A DNA stretch of 63,723 nt from Methylocystaceae bacterium (GTDB lineage Bacteria > Bacillota > Syntrophomonadia > Syntrophomonadales > JBLNAA01): the NCBI GenBank assembly GCA_050259135.1, contig JBLNAA010000071.1, forward strand, positions 1 through 63,723, read 5' to 3'. Within the stretch, counting starts at the first letter, position 1; each line of letters begins with the position of its first letter. Under the pieces are notes generated by a model. That model did not search any database, was not told the DNA's origin, and saw nothing but the letters and a program-made list of their open reading frames with translations. This document shows, one piece after another, positions 29,600 to 38,543 of the stretch. The translations under genes and the position numbers were made by a program.

Positions 29600-30745
29600 A
29601 TGAATATAACCAAAAGACGTTGGCTGCGTGCCATTGATAAGCCATTTATCGTATCCGTCCTGTTAATAATAGTTCTTGGATTATTGATTTTAACCAGTGC
29701 CACGATTAATGCGGTTAAAGATAATCCATTTTATTATTTGGAGAAACAGCTGCTTCTAATAGGGTTCAGCATTATCCTTGCTTACCTGATCCTGCGGATT
29801 GAGGTAGGGCAGCTGCAAAAAGTAAGCTGGTATGTATATGGCCTGGCCCTGATTTTGCTGATTGTAGTTCTGGTATTTGGTTCAGAACAAAGGGGGACCA
29901 CTGGCTGGATTGGATTTGGCGCGGCTAAAATACAGCCGGCTGAGATTAGTAAGGTGTTGTTAATTACCTCATTTGCCAGTTTCCTGGCCAGGCGGCAGGG
30001 TGAATTAGAAACTCTGCAGCAGATGCTGCCAGCTTTCCTTTATGTGGGAGTTCCCTTTTTACTGGTGATGGCACAGCCTGATTTAGGTACCGGTCTGGTT
30101 TTTCTGGCCATTCTGGTAGGCATGATGCTGGTAGCCGGTGCCAATCCCAGAGTACTGTTGACCCTGGTTGGCGGTGCTATTCTATTGGCGGTGGTCTGGG
30201 TAGTACTTCATACCCATTTCGGTCTCTGGCTGCCGCTTAAGGATTACCAGCTCAGCCGCTTAACGGTATTTATCGATCCTTACAAAGATGGTATGGGCGG
30301 TCGGGGGGATGGCTGGAATACTATTCAATCCCTGGTTGCCATCGGCTCGGGAGGCCTGGTGGGCAAGGGATTATTTCACGGTACCCAGGCCCAGCTTCAG
30401 TTTTTACCCGAAAGGCATACCGATTTTATCTATGCCGTGCTTGGTGAAGAATTAGGATTTATTGGGGCAGCCGGGTTAATTATCCTGTATATTGTCATGA
30501 CCTACCGAGCGCTGATTATTGCTCTGGAAGCCCGGGATTTATATTCCACGTTATTGGTTTCCGGGGTTTTAACCATGTGGCTATTTCATATTTTAGAGAA
30601 CATTGGTATGTCTATAGGTATTATGCCGGTCACCGGTATACCGCTACCATTTGTCAGTTATGGGGGAAGTGCTATGCTGGCTAATTTTATGGGATTAGCC
30701 TTGATCCTGGGGGTAAACCTAAGAGGAAGAAAAATTTTGTTTTAG
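29600..30745 (+). CDS. rodA: SEDS-family peptidoglycan polymerase RodA
   Basis: 381 aa in the FtsW/RodA/SpoVE family (PDLGT, HTDFIYAVLGEELGFIG, GIPLPFVSYGGS). Confidence 0.93.
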   Translation: MNITKRRWLRAIDKPFIVSVLLIIVLGLLILTSATINAVKDNPFYYLEKQLLLIGFSIILAYLILRIEVGQLQKVSWYVYGLALILLIVVLVFGSEQRGTTGWIGFGAAKIQPAEISKVLLITSFASFLARRQGELETLQQMLPAFLYVGVPFLLVMAQPDLGTGLVFLAILVGMMLVAGANPRVLLTLVGGAILLAVVWVVLHTHFGLWLPLKDYQLSRLTVFIDPYKDGMGGRGDGWNTIQSLVAIGSGGLVGKGLFHGTQAQLQFLPERHTDFIYAVLGEELGFIGAAGLIILYIVMTYRALIIALEARDLYSTLLVSGVLTMWLFHILENIGMSIGIMPVTGIPLPFVSYGGSAMLANFMGLALILGVNLRGRKILF

Positions 30746-30765
30746 AATTCGGGGGTAAATTTAAA

Positions 30766-31173
30766 GTGCCGAAGTCAAGCGCCAAAGGGGTAGTTGTCGA
30801 ACTGCTCAAAGTGATTCCCAATCTGCTCAAGCTGCTTTACCGTCTGCTGGAAGACCCGCGGATACCTAAAACGGAAAAGGTAATTCTGGCTGGGGTGGCT
30901 GCTTATGTGGTTTCTCCTTTGGATTTAATTCCTGATTTTGTACCATTTTTGGGCAAAGTAGATGACCTGGTGTTAATCGCTCTGGTATTAAAGAGGCTGT
31001 TTAATGCAGCCGGGGAACAGGTGTTAAATGAACACTGGGACGGCGGTCAGGATTTATTGATGCTGGTCGATCGTATATTGGAATATGCTCTCAGATTTCT
31101 GCCATCAAAAATTTATAAACTGTTGGTTACCAGGGCTGGCACGGATTATATTGATATAACGCCCCGAGAATAA
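30766..31173 (+). CDS. DUF1232 (YkvA-like) membrane protein, second copy in the window
   Basis: Contains VSPLDLIPDFVPFLGKVDDLVLIALVL. GTG start after GGGGG. Confidence 0.8.
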   Translation: MPKSSAKGVVVELLKVIPNLLKLLYRLLEDPRIPKTEKVILAGVAAYVVSPLDLIPDFVPFLGKVDDLVLIALVLKRLFNAAGEQVLNEHWDGGQDLLMLVDRILEYALRFLPSKIYKLLVTRAGTDYIDITPRE

Positions 31174-31265
31174 ATGACCTTGCCGCTGGAAAAAACTGTA
31201 ATGAAGTAAACCCGGCATCAATAAAATACTTTAGGAGCATACGCTTTAAAGTTATTGACTGCGGG

Positions 31266-31850
31266 GTGACGAAGATGATAGCTAGTTTTCGGATACGTAT
31301 GTTTGCGGTGCTGGTAGTACTTTCGCTGCTGCTGGCATTACAGCAGTCGGGTTCCAATATGGTTATGGGCTCGGTAAGGCCATATATTAAATGGGTGGTA
31401 ACCCGTGATTATGGGGTTAAAGATAAACTGGCCCAATGGTGGTACAACAGCCGCGGAACTTCGTCCGGGGTTCTGCCGGCCCAGGCGCCGGTTTTAAACA
31501 GCCCGGTTACCGAAGGTAAAATAGCTCGTCATTATGGATGGTATTGGGATCCGGTAACCAACAAGCAGCAGTTTAGTGCCGGAGTAATCCTCACCCTACC
31601 CGAAAACACGGTTGTCAGTCCGGTTAGCGACGGACAGGTGGAGGAAATTATTAATAAAAAGGAAGGGCGAACCGTTAAAATAAGTCATGCAGGGAAGCTG
31701 ACAGTCTCTTATGGACGTTTACAGGAGGTGCTGGTCAAGGTGGGGGATAAGGTCGATGTTGATACTACAATCGGTAAAACCACCGACGGTTTTTCTCTGC
31801 AGCTGTTTAATGAGCAAGGAGCAGTCAATCCGGAATTTTTGTTCAAGTAA
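31266..31850 (+). CDS. SpoIVFA-like membrane protein with a degenerate LytM/M23 domain
   Basis: Has an N-terminal TM helix. The C-terminal M23-like fold lacks the HxH metal ligands (SLQLFNEQGAVNP where active enzymes have HLHFE...). It lies directly upstream of spoIVFB, as in B. subtilis. The start is 31266 (GTG) or 31275 (ATG). Confidence 0.65.
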   Translation: MTKMIASFRIRMFAVLVVLSLLLALQQSGSNMVMGSVRPYIKWVVTRDYGVKDKLAQWWYNSRGTSSGVLPAQAPVLNSPVTEGKIARHYGWYWDPVTNKQQFSAGVILTLPENTVVSPVSDGQVEEIINKKEGRTVKISHAGKLTVSYGRLQEVLVKVGDKVDVDTTIGKTTDGFSLQLFNEQGAVNPEFLFK

Positions 31851-31853
31851 CCG

Positions 31854-32711
31854 ATGTACATCGGCAGACTGCTGGGGATACCGGTCCGGGTCAGCCTGGG
31901 ATTCCTTATCCTGGCTGTTTTATATGCGGCTGCCGGCTTGATCGCTCCTCTGACCGCAGTTATGGTCGGACTTTTTCTCCATGAAGCCGCCCATGCCATA
32001 ACCGCGGTGATTTTTGGAGTAAAGGTTACTCGGGTGGAGTTACTGCCTTTTGGCGGACAAGCGGTTATTGAAGACATTATGGCGCTAAGCCCGGAGAAAG
32101 AAATGATTATTGCCCTGGCGGGACCGGCGGTAAGCCTGTTATTAGCCGGGCTTTCTTATGTCTGGCGCCAAACTCCGCTGGTAAATGTGTTCCTTTGGGC
32201 TAACCTGTTTCTGGCTTTATTTAATCTGCTGCCCGTTTTACCATTGGATGGCGGGCGGTTGGTGCGGGCAGCGATTTCTACGATTTTCGGTTTTAAAAAG
32301 GCTACTGCCTATATTGCCAGTCTGGGAATGGTTGTCGGCATAATCTTATTGCTGGCGGGAGCTGCCGGATGTATATACCGACAGCCGCTGGCAGTAAACC
32401 CTCTGGTTATGGGAGTGGTACTGTTACTGGCGGCTCGGCGTGAAAAGCAGATGATTTACTATAGTTTTGTCCGTTACCTCTTAGGTAAGCAGGGTATACT
32501 GGATAAGGAAGGCCAATTAAATGCGCGGACTATGATTGCGAGGGAAAATGTACCGCTGAAAAGGGTAATTGCGCATACCTCACCTCATGAATATCTGGTG
32601 GTTCTAGTAAGCCAGGAGGGGGGGAAAGTGGTCGGGGTGGTTACCGAAGAGAAAATGGTGGAGCAGTATATTAATCAGGGCCCTGCCGGACAGGTAAAGG
32701 ATTGTATGTAA
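31854..32711 (+). CDS. spoIVFB: site-2 intramembrane metalloprotease SpoIVFB (pro-sigma-K processing)
   Basis: Has HEAAHAI (HExxH), NLLPVLPLDGG (LDG motif) and a C-terminal CBS-like domain. Confidence 0.85.
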   Translation: MYIGRLLGIPVRVSLGFLILAVLYAAAGLIAPLTAVMVGLFLHEAAHAITAVIFGVKVTRVELLPFGGQAVIEDIMALSPEKEMIIALAGPAVSLLLAGLSYVWRQTPLVNVFLWANLFLALFNLLPVLPLDGGRLVRAAISTIFGFKKATAYIASLGMVVGIILLLAGAAGCIYRQPLAVNPLVMGVVLLLAARREKQMIYYSFVRYLLGKQGILDKEGQLNARTMIARENVPLKRVIAHTSPHEYLVVLVSQEGGKVVGVVTEEKMVEQYINQGPAGQVKDCM

Positions 32712-32868
32712 GTGGCAAAACCGGTGGCTCGGGTATATCCCCATGTCAGCTTGGCAATCACCGCCTTTGGTATTCTGCTCCCGTCGGCATGAAATTGTAT
32801 TGATAAATTGTACGGCTTCGGGTATGTTTTTTAGGTATTGTAATCCGTTTAAGGGGGTTAGTACAGGT

Positions 32869-34734
32869 TTGAATATTAAGGACAAGCTTTATCAGGATAT
32901 ATTGCCGCGGGTAAAAAAGCCAGCCCGTTATACGGGCGGTGAATATAACATGATGGTTAAGGATTGGGAGCGGGCCCGGGTTAAGATGGCACTGGCTTTT
33001 CCGGATGTATACGAGGTGGGTATGTCCCATCTGGGAGGCAGAATCCTATATGGCATTGTCAATGAGCAGCCAGACATGCTGCTGGAACGAGTTTATGCTC
33101 CCTGGCCCGATATGGAGGAACAGATGCGGTCTGAGGGTTTGCCCCTCTATTCCCTGGAGAGCTTCCATCCGGTGAGCGAATTTGATGTTATTGGGTTTTC
33201 ACTGATGTATGAGCTGTGCTATACCAATGTGCTTAATATGCTTGATCTGGCTGGCCTGCCGCTGTTAAGCAGACAGCGGGACCAAAATATGCCGCTGGTG
33301 GTAGCCGGGGGAACCTGTACGGTAAACTCCGAACCTATGGCTGACTTTATTGATGCTTTCATGATCGGTGACGGGGAAGAGGTACTGGTTGAACTGCTGC
33401 AGTGTGTGGCGGAACACCGGGATGAGGAAAGAGAAAGCCTGCTTCGCCGGTTGGCTGCCATACCGGGAGTATATGTCCCTTCCTTGTATGAAATTAATTA
33501 CTATACCGATGGGACGGTAAAACAGGTACAACCCTTAGCTGTTGCAGCTCCTACTCAGGTAAAACGCAGGGTGGTTGCTGATCTGGATGCCGCTTACTTT
33601 CCTACCCGACAGCTGGTGCCCTATTTAGATATCGTACATGATCGGGGTATTTTGGAGGTTATGCGCGGCTGCCAGCGCTCCTGCCGGTTTTGTCAGGCAG
33701 GTATGGTTTATCGCCCGGTTAGAGAGAGATCTTTAGCTACTCTTTTAGAGCAGGGAAAAGAGATTATTGAAAACACCGGACATGATGAACTGTCATTAGC
33801 TTCCCTTTCTACTGCCGACTACACCGAAGTAGGCAATTTAATACCGGCTTTGGTTGAGCGGATGGGCAATCAGGGAGTAGGGGTTTCACTGCCTTCTTTA
33901 AGAGTAGACGCTTTTTCAGTGGCGATGGCCAATGAAGTGCAAAAGGTAAGAAAGACCACCTTAACCTTTGCCCCCGAAGCCGGGACCCAGCGCTTGCGTG
34001 ATGTCATCAACAAGAATGTCCGGGAAGAAGATTTATTGGCCGCTGCCGAATCCGCTTTTACGGCGGGGTGGTCCAGTTTAAAGTTATATTTTATGGTTGG
34101 CCTTCCCACTGAAACCGAGGAAGATTGGCAGGGCATAATCGACCTGGTATTTAAAGTCCGAGCTATCGGCAGCCGTCTCTCACGGAGGCCGGTTAAAATT
34201 ACTGCTTCCATTGCCAACTTTGTTCCCAAACCACATACTCCTTTCCAATGGCATCCCCAGATCAGCCGGGAAGAGATGCGAACGGTAAAAGAATATTTTT
34301 ATCAACATGGCAAACGTAAGGGCGTCAGCTTTGACTTTCATGATGCCAATACCAGCTTCTTAGAAGGGGTTTTTGCCCGTGGCGATCGTCGCTTGGGGCC
34401 AGTTTTGCTGGAAGCTTATCAGCAGGGGGCCAAATTTGACGGCTGGCGGGAGATGTTTCAGATCATTTGGTGGGAAGATGCGTTTAAAAAGGTAGGAGTT
34501 GACCCGGCATTTTATATATATCGCCACCGGGAATATGATGAGTTATTACCCTGGGAGGTAATTGATATTGGAGTGGACCGGGATTATTTGATCGGAGAAA
34601 ACAAAAAGGCGGAAGCGGTGGCTCTGACTCCGGATTGCCGGGAAGGCTGTGAGGGCTGCGGTATCTGCCCCAGTTTTGAGGTAGACCTGGACTTAAAGGG
34701 GGAATGGCGGCATGCGACTCAGGATAATGTATAG
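32869..34734 (+). CDS. B12-binding-domain radical SAM protein (TIGR03960-type), function unknown
   Basis: Has the CQRSCRFCQAG radical-SAM cluster motif and an N-terminal B12-binding-like domain. TTG 32869 follows AAGGGGG; the track start 32743 is probably an extension. Confidence 0.85.
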   Translation: MNIKDKLYQDILPRVKKPARYTGGEYNMMVKDWERARVKMALAFPDVYEVGMSHLGGRILYGIVNEQPDMLLERVYAPWPDMEEQMRSEGLPLYSLESFHPVSEFDVIGFSLMYELCYTNVLNMLDLAGLPLLSRQRDQNMPLVVAGGTCTVNSEPMADFIDAFMIGDGEEVLVELLQCVAEHRDEERESLLRRLAAIPGVYVPSLYEINYYTDGTVKQVQPLAVAAPTQVKRRVVADLDAAYFPTRQLVPYLDIVHDRGILEVMRGCQRSCRFCQAGMVYRPVRERSLATLLEQGKEIIENTGHDELSLASLSTADYTEVGNLIPALVERMGNQGVGVSLPSLRVDAFSVAMANEVQKVRKTTLTFAPEAGTQRLRDVINKNVREEDLLAAAESAFTAGWSSLKLYFMVGLPTETEEDWQGIIDLVFKVRAIGSRLSRRPVKITASIANFVPKPHTPFQWHPQISREEMRTVKEYFYQHGKRKGVSFDFHDANTSFLEGVFARGDRRLGPVLLEAYQQGAKFDGWREMFQIIWWEDAFKKVGVDPAFYIYRHREYDELLPWEVIDIGVDRDYLIGENKKAEAVALTPDCREGCEGCGICPSFEVDLDLKGEWRHATQDNV

Positions 34735-35422
34735 CTTAAGCCCAGAATTGAAATTCCTCGGCAATCTGGATACCCTGCGGATGTTAGCCCGTTGTCTGCG
34801 CCGTGCTCGGGTACCATTCGCCCTTAGTGAAGGGTTTAATCCCCATATCAAAATGTCTCTGGGTACAGTTTTACCGGTCGGTATTTGGTCGGAAGGCGAA
34901 TGGCTGGATTTAGACCTGACCGAATCAATGCCGGCGGATGAAGTAATTCTGCGCATGAATTCTGCGGCCCCCGGCGGGCTTCATTTTATAAAAGCCGAGT
35001 ATATTGAGGCTAATATTCCCACATTAATGTCAATCGTTGACAGTGCCTGTTATTGTTTTGAAATTGCTGGTTTAGAGGCTGCGCCGGAAGTTATTGAAAG
35101 CATTGAGGGTTTAGACTCGAAAGATCACCTGAAAGTTCAATCCCGGGGTAAACAAAAGGATAAAGTAAAGGACTTGGCTCCTGGAGTTTACCGGATTAAG
35201 TACCAGCAAATCGAGCCAAACCGGGCAGTGATTTATGCCTGGGTGGCTTCTGGCAGCGTTTTTAATGTCCGCCCTGACGAGTTAATGGAAATTTTGAATC
35301 CCCTGCTTAATCCTGGGAGAATAATTGACTGTTACCGCAAAGGGAATTACATTAAAATTGAAGGGGAGTTTAAGCTTCCGGTAAAGGAAACGTTTACCAG
35401 TAAGGAGCAGGCAGGTGCATAG
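34712..35422 (+). CDS. radical-SAM-linked protein (TIGR03936 / DUF2344)
   Basis: 236 aa. Overlaps the radical SAM gene by 23 nt and rng by 8 nt, the usual partner arrangement. Contains FSEGFNPHIKMS. Confidence 0.8.
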   Translation: MRLRIMYSLSPELKFLGNLDTLRMLARCLRRARVPFALSEGFNPHIKMSLGTVLPVGIWSEGEWLDLDLTESMPADEVILRMNSAAPGGLHFIKAEYIEANIPTLMSIVDSACYCFEIAGLEAAPEVIESIEGLDSKDHLKVQSRGKQKDKVKDLAPGVYRIKYQQIEPNRAVIYAWVASGSVFNVRPDELMEILNPLLNPGRIIDCYRKGNYIKIEGEFKLPVKETFTSKEQAGA

Positions 35423-36830
35423 GGAAATAGTCATAGAGAAATATCCCTGGGAAACCAGGACTGGTATCCTGGAGGATGGTGAACTGGTCGAAGTATGGTG
35501 CGATGACCGGGAAGAAAAAGTGGGGAATATTTACAAGTGCCGGGTTGAAGATGTAGTCCCCGGTCTTTCCTGTGCTTTTGTTAACATTGGTCTGGCGCGT
35601 AATGCCTTCCTTTATGTAGCCGACATTTCAGTGCTGGAAGGAATTAAAGAGCAGAATATAACCAATTTGGTAAGACCTGGACAGGAACTGCTGGTACAGG
35701 TGCGCAAAGAAGCTTTTCAGGAAAAAGGGGCCCGAGTAACCACTAACCTGACTTTACCAGGCCGGTTTGTAGTACTGCTGCCTTTTAAGGATGACATCTC
35801 AATTTCGCGAAAGATAGAAGACAGCAGCCTGCGGCAAAAATTAAAAGCCGAAATAAGCAGCTTGAAGCCGGATGGGGTTGGCGTTATCATCAGAACGGCT
35901 GCGTCCTCCGTGCCGTTAAAAGAGGTCGAAGGTGAGCTGCAGGAGTTATTTGCACTCTGGAATGATATTTATCACCGATATAAAGAGCAACAGGCCCCGG
36001 CCATGCTTTATGAGGATGTGGGAACGGTTGAGCGGGCTCTGCGTGATTATCTGGATGGCAGTGCCACTTTAATTATCCTCAACGATGAACAGGCTCGAAC
36101 TGATGTCTTGAATATGATGGGCGGCAATAATCTACCTCAGGTAACTGTTAAGGTGGAAACCGGTGACGTGTTTGGCCGCCGTAACCTCGATAAGGAGATT
36201 AAGCGGGCACTAAGACGGCGGGTATGGTTAAAATCCGGAGGTTTTCTGATTGTAGATGAAACCGAAGCGATGACCGTGTTTGATGTTAACAGCGGACGCT
36301 ATATCGGACAGGATAACCTGGCCGACACCGTGCTTAAAATTAACCTGGAAGCAGCCAAAGAGATTCCTCGGCAGTTAAGATTGCGTGGGGTCGGCGGTAT
36401 CATTCTTATCGACTTCATTGACATGGAAAGCGAAGATCATCAACGGCAGGTTACGGAAGTGCTGAATAATGAGCTGGATCGTGATAAAGCTCATACCCGG
36501 GTATTGGGCTTCACCCGTTTGGGATTTTTGGAGATGACGCGAAAAAAATCGCGATATGGTGTACGAGAATACTTTGCTCGTGCTTGCACGCACTGCAACG
36601 GTATCGGCCTGGTATGGAAAGAGATAGCGGTGCTGAATGAAATCAAGCGGAAATTATCTTCCCTCCGCTATCTGCGCACCGATACTATTATCTGTGAATT
36701 AAGCAGCCACTTGGAACAATCGCTGCTTAAGGATAACCACTGGAATGATCTATTGACCTCCTTGCGGCAGGAAATACGGGTAGTGGTGAACAGTGACCTG
36801 GAACCGATGGAATACCGGCTTCTTTATTAG
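35415..36830 (+). CDS. rng: Rne/Rng-family ribonuclease (RNase G-like)
   Basis: Has an S1 domain (VGNIYKCRVEDVVPGLSCAFVNIG) and a DNase-I-like catalytic region (FLIVDETEAMTVFDVNSG, GGIILIDFIDM). GTG start. Confidence 0.9.
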   Translation: MHREIVIEKYPWETRTGILEDGELVEVWCDDREEKVGNIYKCRVEDVVPGLSCAFVNIGLARNAFLYVADISVLEGIKEQNITNLVRPGQELLVQVRKEAFQEKGARVTTNLTLPGRFVVLLPFKDDISISRKIEDSSLRQKLKAEISSLKPDGVGVIIRTAASSVPLKEVEGELQELFALWNDIYHRYKEQQAPAMLYEDVGTVERALRDYLDGSATLIILNDEQARTDVLNMMGGNNLPQVTVKVETGDVFGRRNLDKEIKRALRRRVWLKSGGFLIVDETEAMTVFDVNSGRYIGQDNLADTVLKINLEAAKEIPRQLRLRGVGGIILIDFIDMESEDHQRQVTEVLNNELDRDKAHTRVLGFTRLGFLEMTRKKSRYGVREYFARACTHCNGIGLVWKEIAVLNEIKRKLSSLRYLRTDTIICELSSHLEQSLLKDNHWNDLLTSLRQEIRVVVNSDLEPMEYRLLY

Positions 36831-36931
36831 CTGCTGGAATTGATGATTAGGGCAGCCTTCACCAGATTTACGAGTGGTAAACGATTAAATTAAAAACCAA
36901 CCTCGATCCTTAAGCAAAGAGCACTGTAGCC

Positions 36932-36961
36932 TTGACGCCGCCAGCAGAATTGTGGTAGATT
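36932..36961 (+). promoter_or_regulatory. sigma-A-type promoter of the rplU operon
   Basis: TTGACG, 18-nt spacer, TG-n-TAGATT (extended -10). Confidence 0.55.
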
Positions 36962-37064
36962 CTTCTATGGCGGTTTTTGCATTTTTGCAACCGCGCGGAA
37001 CAGGTTTGAAGTGGCTTTAAGTCCACCTGTCTTCCGGCGAGTATAATGAATGTGGAGGTGTACC
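36962..37064 (+). promoter_or_regulatory. structured 5' leader of rplU (position and shape consistent with the Firmicute L21 ribosomal-protein leader)
   Basis: Two hairpins by eye: GCGGTT...AACCGC (about 36971-36995) and ACAGGT-TTGAA-GTGG-CTTTAAGT-CCAC-CTGT (about 37001-37031). They lie just before SD GGAGG. Confidence 0.45.
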
Positions 37065-37373
37065 ATGTACGCAATCGTAGAAACTGGGGGTAAACAGTAC
37101 CGAGTTCAGGAAGGTCAGATGCTCCTGGTGGAGAAGCTTGATCAAGCAGTAGGTGAAGACGTTACTTTTGATCGAGTGCTCATGGTCAATAATGGTGAAA
37201 TTAAAGTTGGTTCTCCTTATGTTGACGGAGCAGTCGTTGTGGGCAGAGTAGTGGAACAGGGCAAAGCCAAAAAAATCCTGATCTTCAAGTACAAAGCCAA
37301 GAAAAATGAGAGAAAGAAACAGGGTCATCGGCAGCCGTTTACCCGGGTGCGGATTGAAAAAATCCAGGCCTAA
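37065..37373 (+). CDS. rplU: 50S ribosomal protein L21
   Basis: [17 protein letters not shown] 37065 follows GGAGGTG; the track start is 5 codons upstream. Confidence 0.97.
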   Translation: MYAIVETGGKQYRVQEGQMLLVEKLDQAVGEDVTFDRVLMVNNGEIKVGSPYVDGAVVVGRVVEQGKAKKILIFKYKAKKNERKKQGHRQPFTRVRIEKIQA

Positions 37374-37379
37374 TTAGAA

Positions 37380-37709
37380 ATGGTCAAGTATACCATTCAA
37401 ACCTCAAAACAGTTGATAGTTGGCTTTCAGGTAACCGGACATGCGGACTACCCGAAATCAGGTGACGATATTGTATGTGCGGGTGTTTCTGCCATCGCCC
37501 AAACCATAGCTCTGGGACTGGTTAAACAGCTGGGTCCGGATACTATGTGGCAGCAGAAAAAGGGAAAGCTATCCTGCCGGATAGGAAAGTTGTCAACTGA
37601 CGAGGAATTAATAGTCTCGCAAGCTATTTTAAAAAGCATGCAATTGGGGATTGAGGCCTTACAGGAAGCCTATCCCGATTTTATTAAGGTGGAGTATAAG
37701 GAGGTGTAA
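37380..37709 (+). CDS. prp: ribosomal-processing cysteine protease Prp (YsxB)
   Basis: 109 aa located between rplU and rpmA. Contains GHADY...DIVCAGVSA (His/Cys dyad region). Confidence 0.88.
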   Translation: MVKYTIQTSKQLIVGFQVTGHADYPKSGDDIVCAGVSAIAQTIALGLVKQLGPDTMWQQKKGKLSCRIGKLSTDEELIVSQAILKSMQLGIEALQEAYPDFIKVEYKEV

Positions 37710-37714
37710 CCCCA

Positions 37715-38014
37715 ATGTTCAAAATGGATTTACAATTATTTGCTCATAAAAAGGGTGTTGGTAGTTCCAAGAATGGTCGTGACAGCGAATCCAAACGTCT
37801 GGGTATCAAACGTTATGATGGCCAGGAAGTCACCGCCGGAACCATTCTGGTTCGTCAGCGGGGAACAAAAATCCACCCGGGTATGAATGTTGGTATTGGC
37901 AGTGATGATACACTGTTTGCCAAGGTTGATGGTCATGTTAAATACCAGCCGAAGTGCAAAGGTAAAAAGCAGGTCAGCATCATTCCGGTTCAGGAGACCG
38001 CAATGACCGAGTAA
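37715..38014 (+). CDS. rpmA: 50S ribosomal protein L27 with N-terminal propeptide
   Basis: [10 protein letters not shown]|[14 protein letters not shown]. The Firmicute-type LQxFA extension is removed by Prp. Confidence 0.96.
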   Translation: MFKMDLQLFAHKKGVGSSKNGRDSESKRLGIKRYDGQEVTAGTILVRQRGTKIHPGMNVGIGSDDTLFAKVDGHVKYQPKCKGKKQVSIIPVQETAMTE

Positions 38015-38078
38015 GAAACACAGCTATGACCCCTGGATGATTGTTGTCCAGGGGTTGTTTTTAATTGGGGGGAAGGAT

Positions 38079-38537
38079 ATGACCATGCATGACTCCGCAG
38101 AAGTGGTTGAACTGGTGAGGCAGATTCGCCATGATTACCTGAATTATTTTCAGGTGATAACCGGGTATCTGGAGTTAGGAATGCCGGAACGGGCGCAAAC
38201 ATTTATAAATGATATAATGGCCGGTGCCGCCCGCGAAAGAACCTTGTTAAGTCTTCAGCCTCCCCAGTTGGGTCTTACACTATACCGGCTCTACATGCAC
38301 TGGTATGTCCAGGGGATTATTTTAGAATTTACCCCCGAGAAGCTAAATGATGATTGGGATCTTACATGTTTAGAAGCCCAGATAGAAAAGCTTATTATGA
38401 ATCAGGGCTGGCACGCTCCTGATGAGAGCGATTTGGTTTTAAGTGTAACTTTGGAGCAGGTTGCACCCGGTCGGGTAAGAATGTCAATAACACCCGCCGA
38501 TGGCGAAGTGGTGCAAACCGAAATTACCAGGGAGTGA
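38079..38537 (+). CDS. Spo0B-like protein (SpoOB-type alpha-helical His-containing dimerisation domain)
   Basis: Contains IRHDYLNYFQVITGYLELG (H-box-like) and lies in the conserved position between rpmA and obg. The start is ATG 38079 or 38085, after GGGGGGAAGG. Confidence 0.6.
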   Translation: MTMHDSAEVVELVRQIRHDYLNYFQVITGYLELGMPERAQTFINDIMAGAARERTLLSLQPPQLGLTLYRLYMHWYVQGIILEFTPEKLNDDWDLTCLEAQIEKLIMNQGWHAPDESDLVLSVTLEQVAPGRVRMSITPADGEVVQTEITRE

Positions 38538-38543
38538 ATATAG

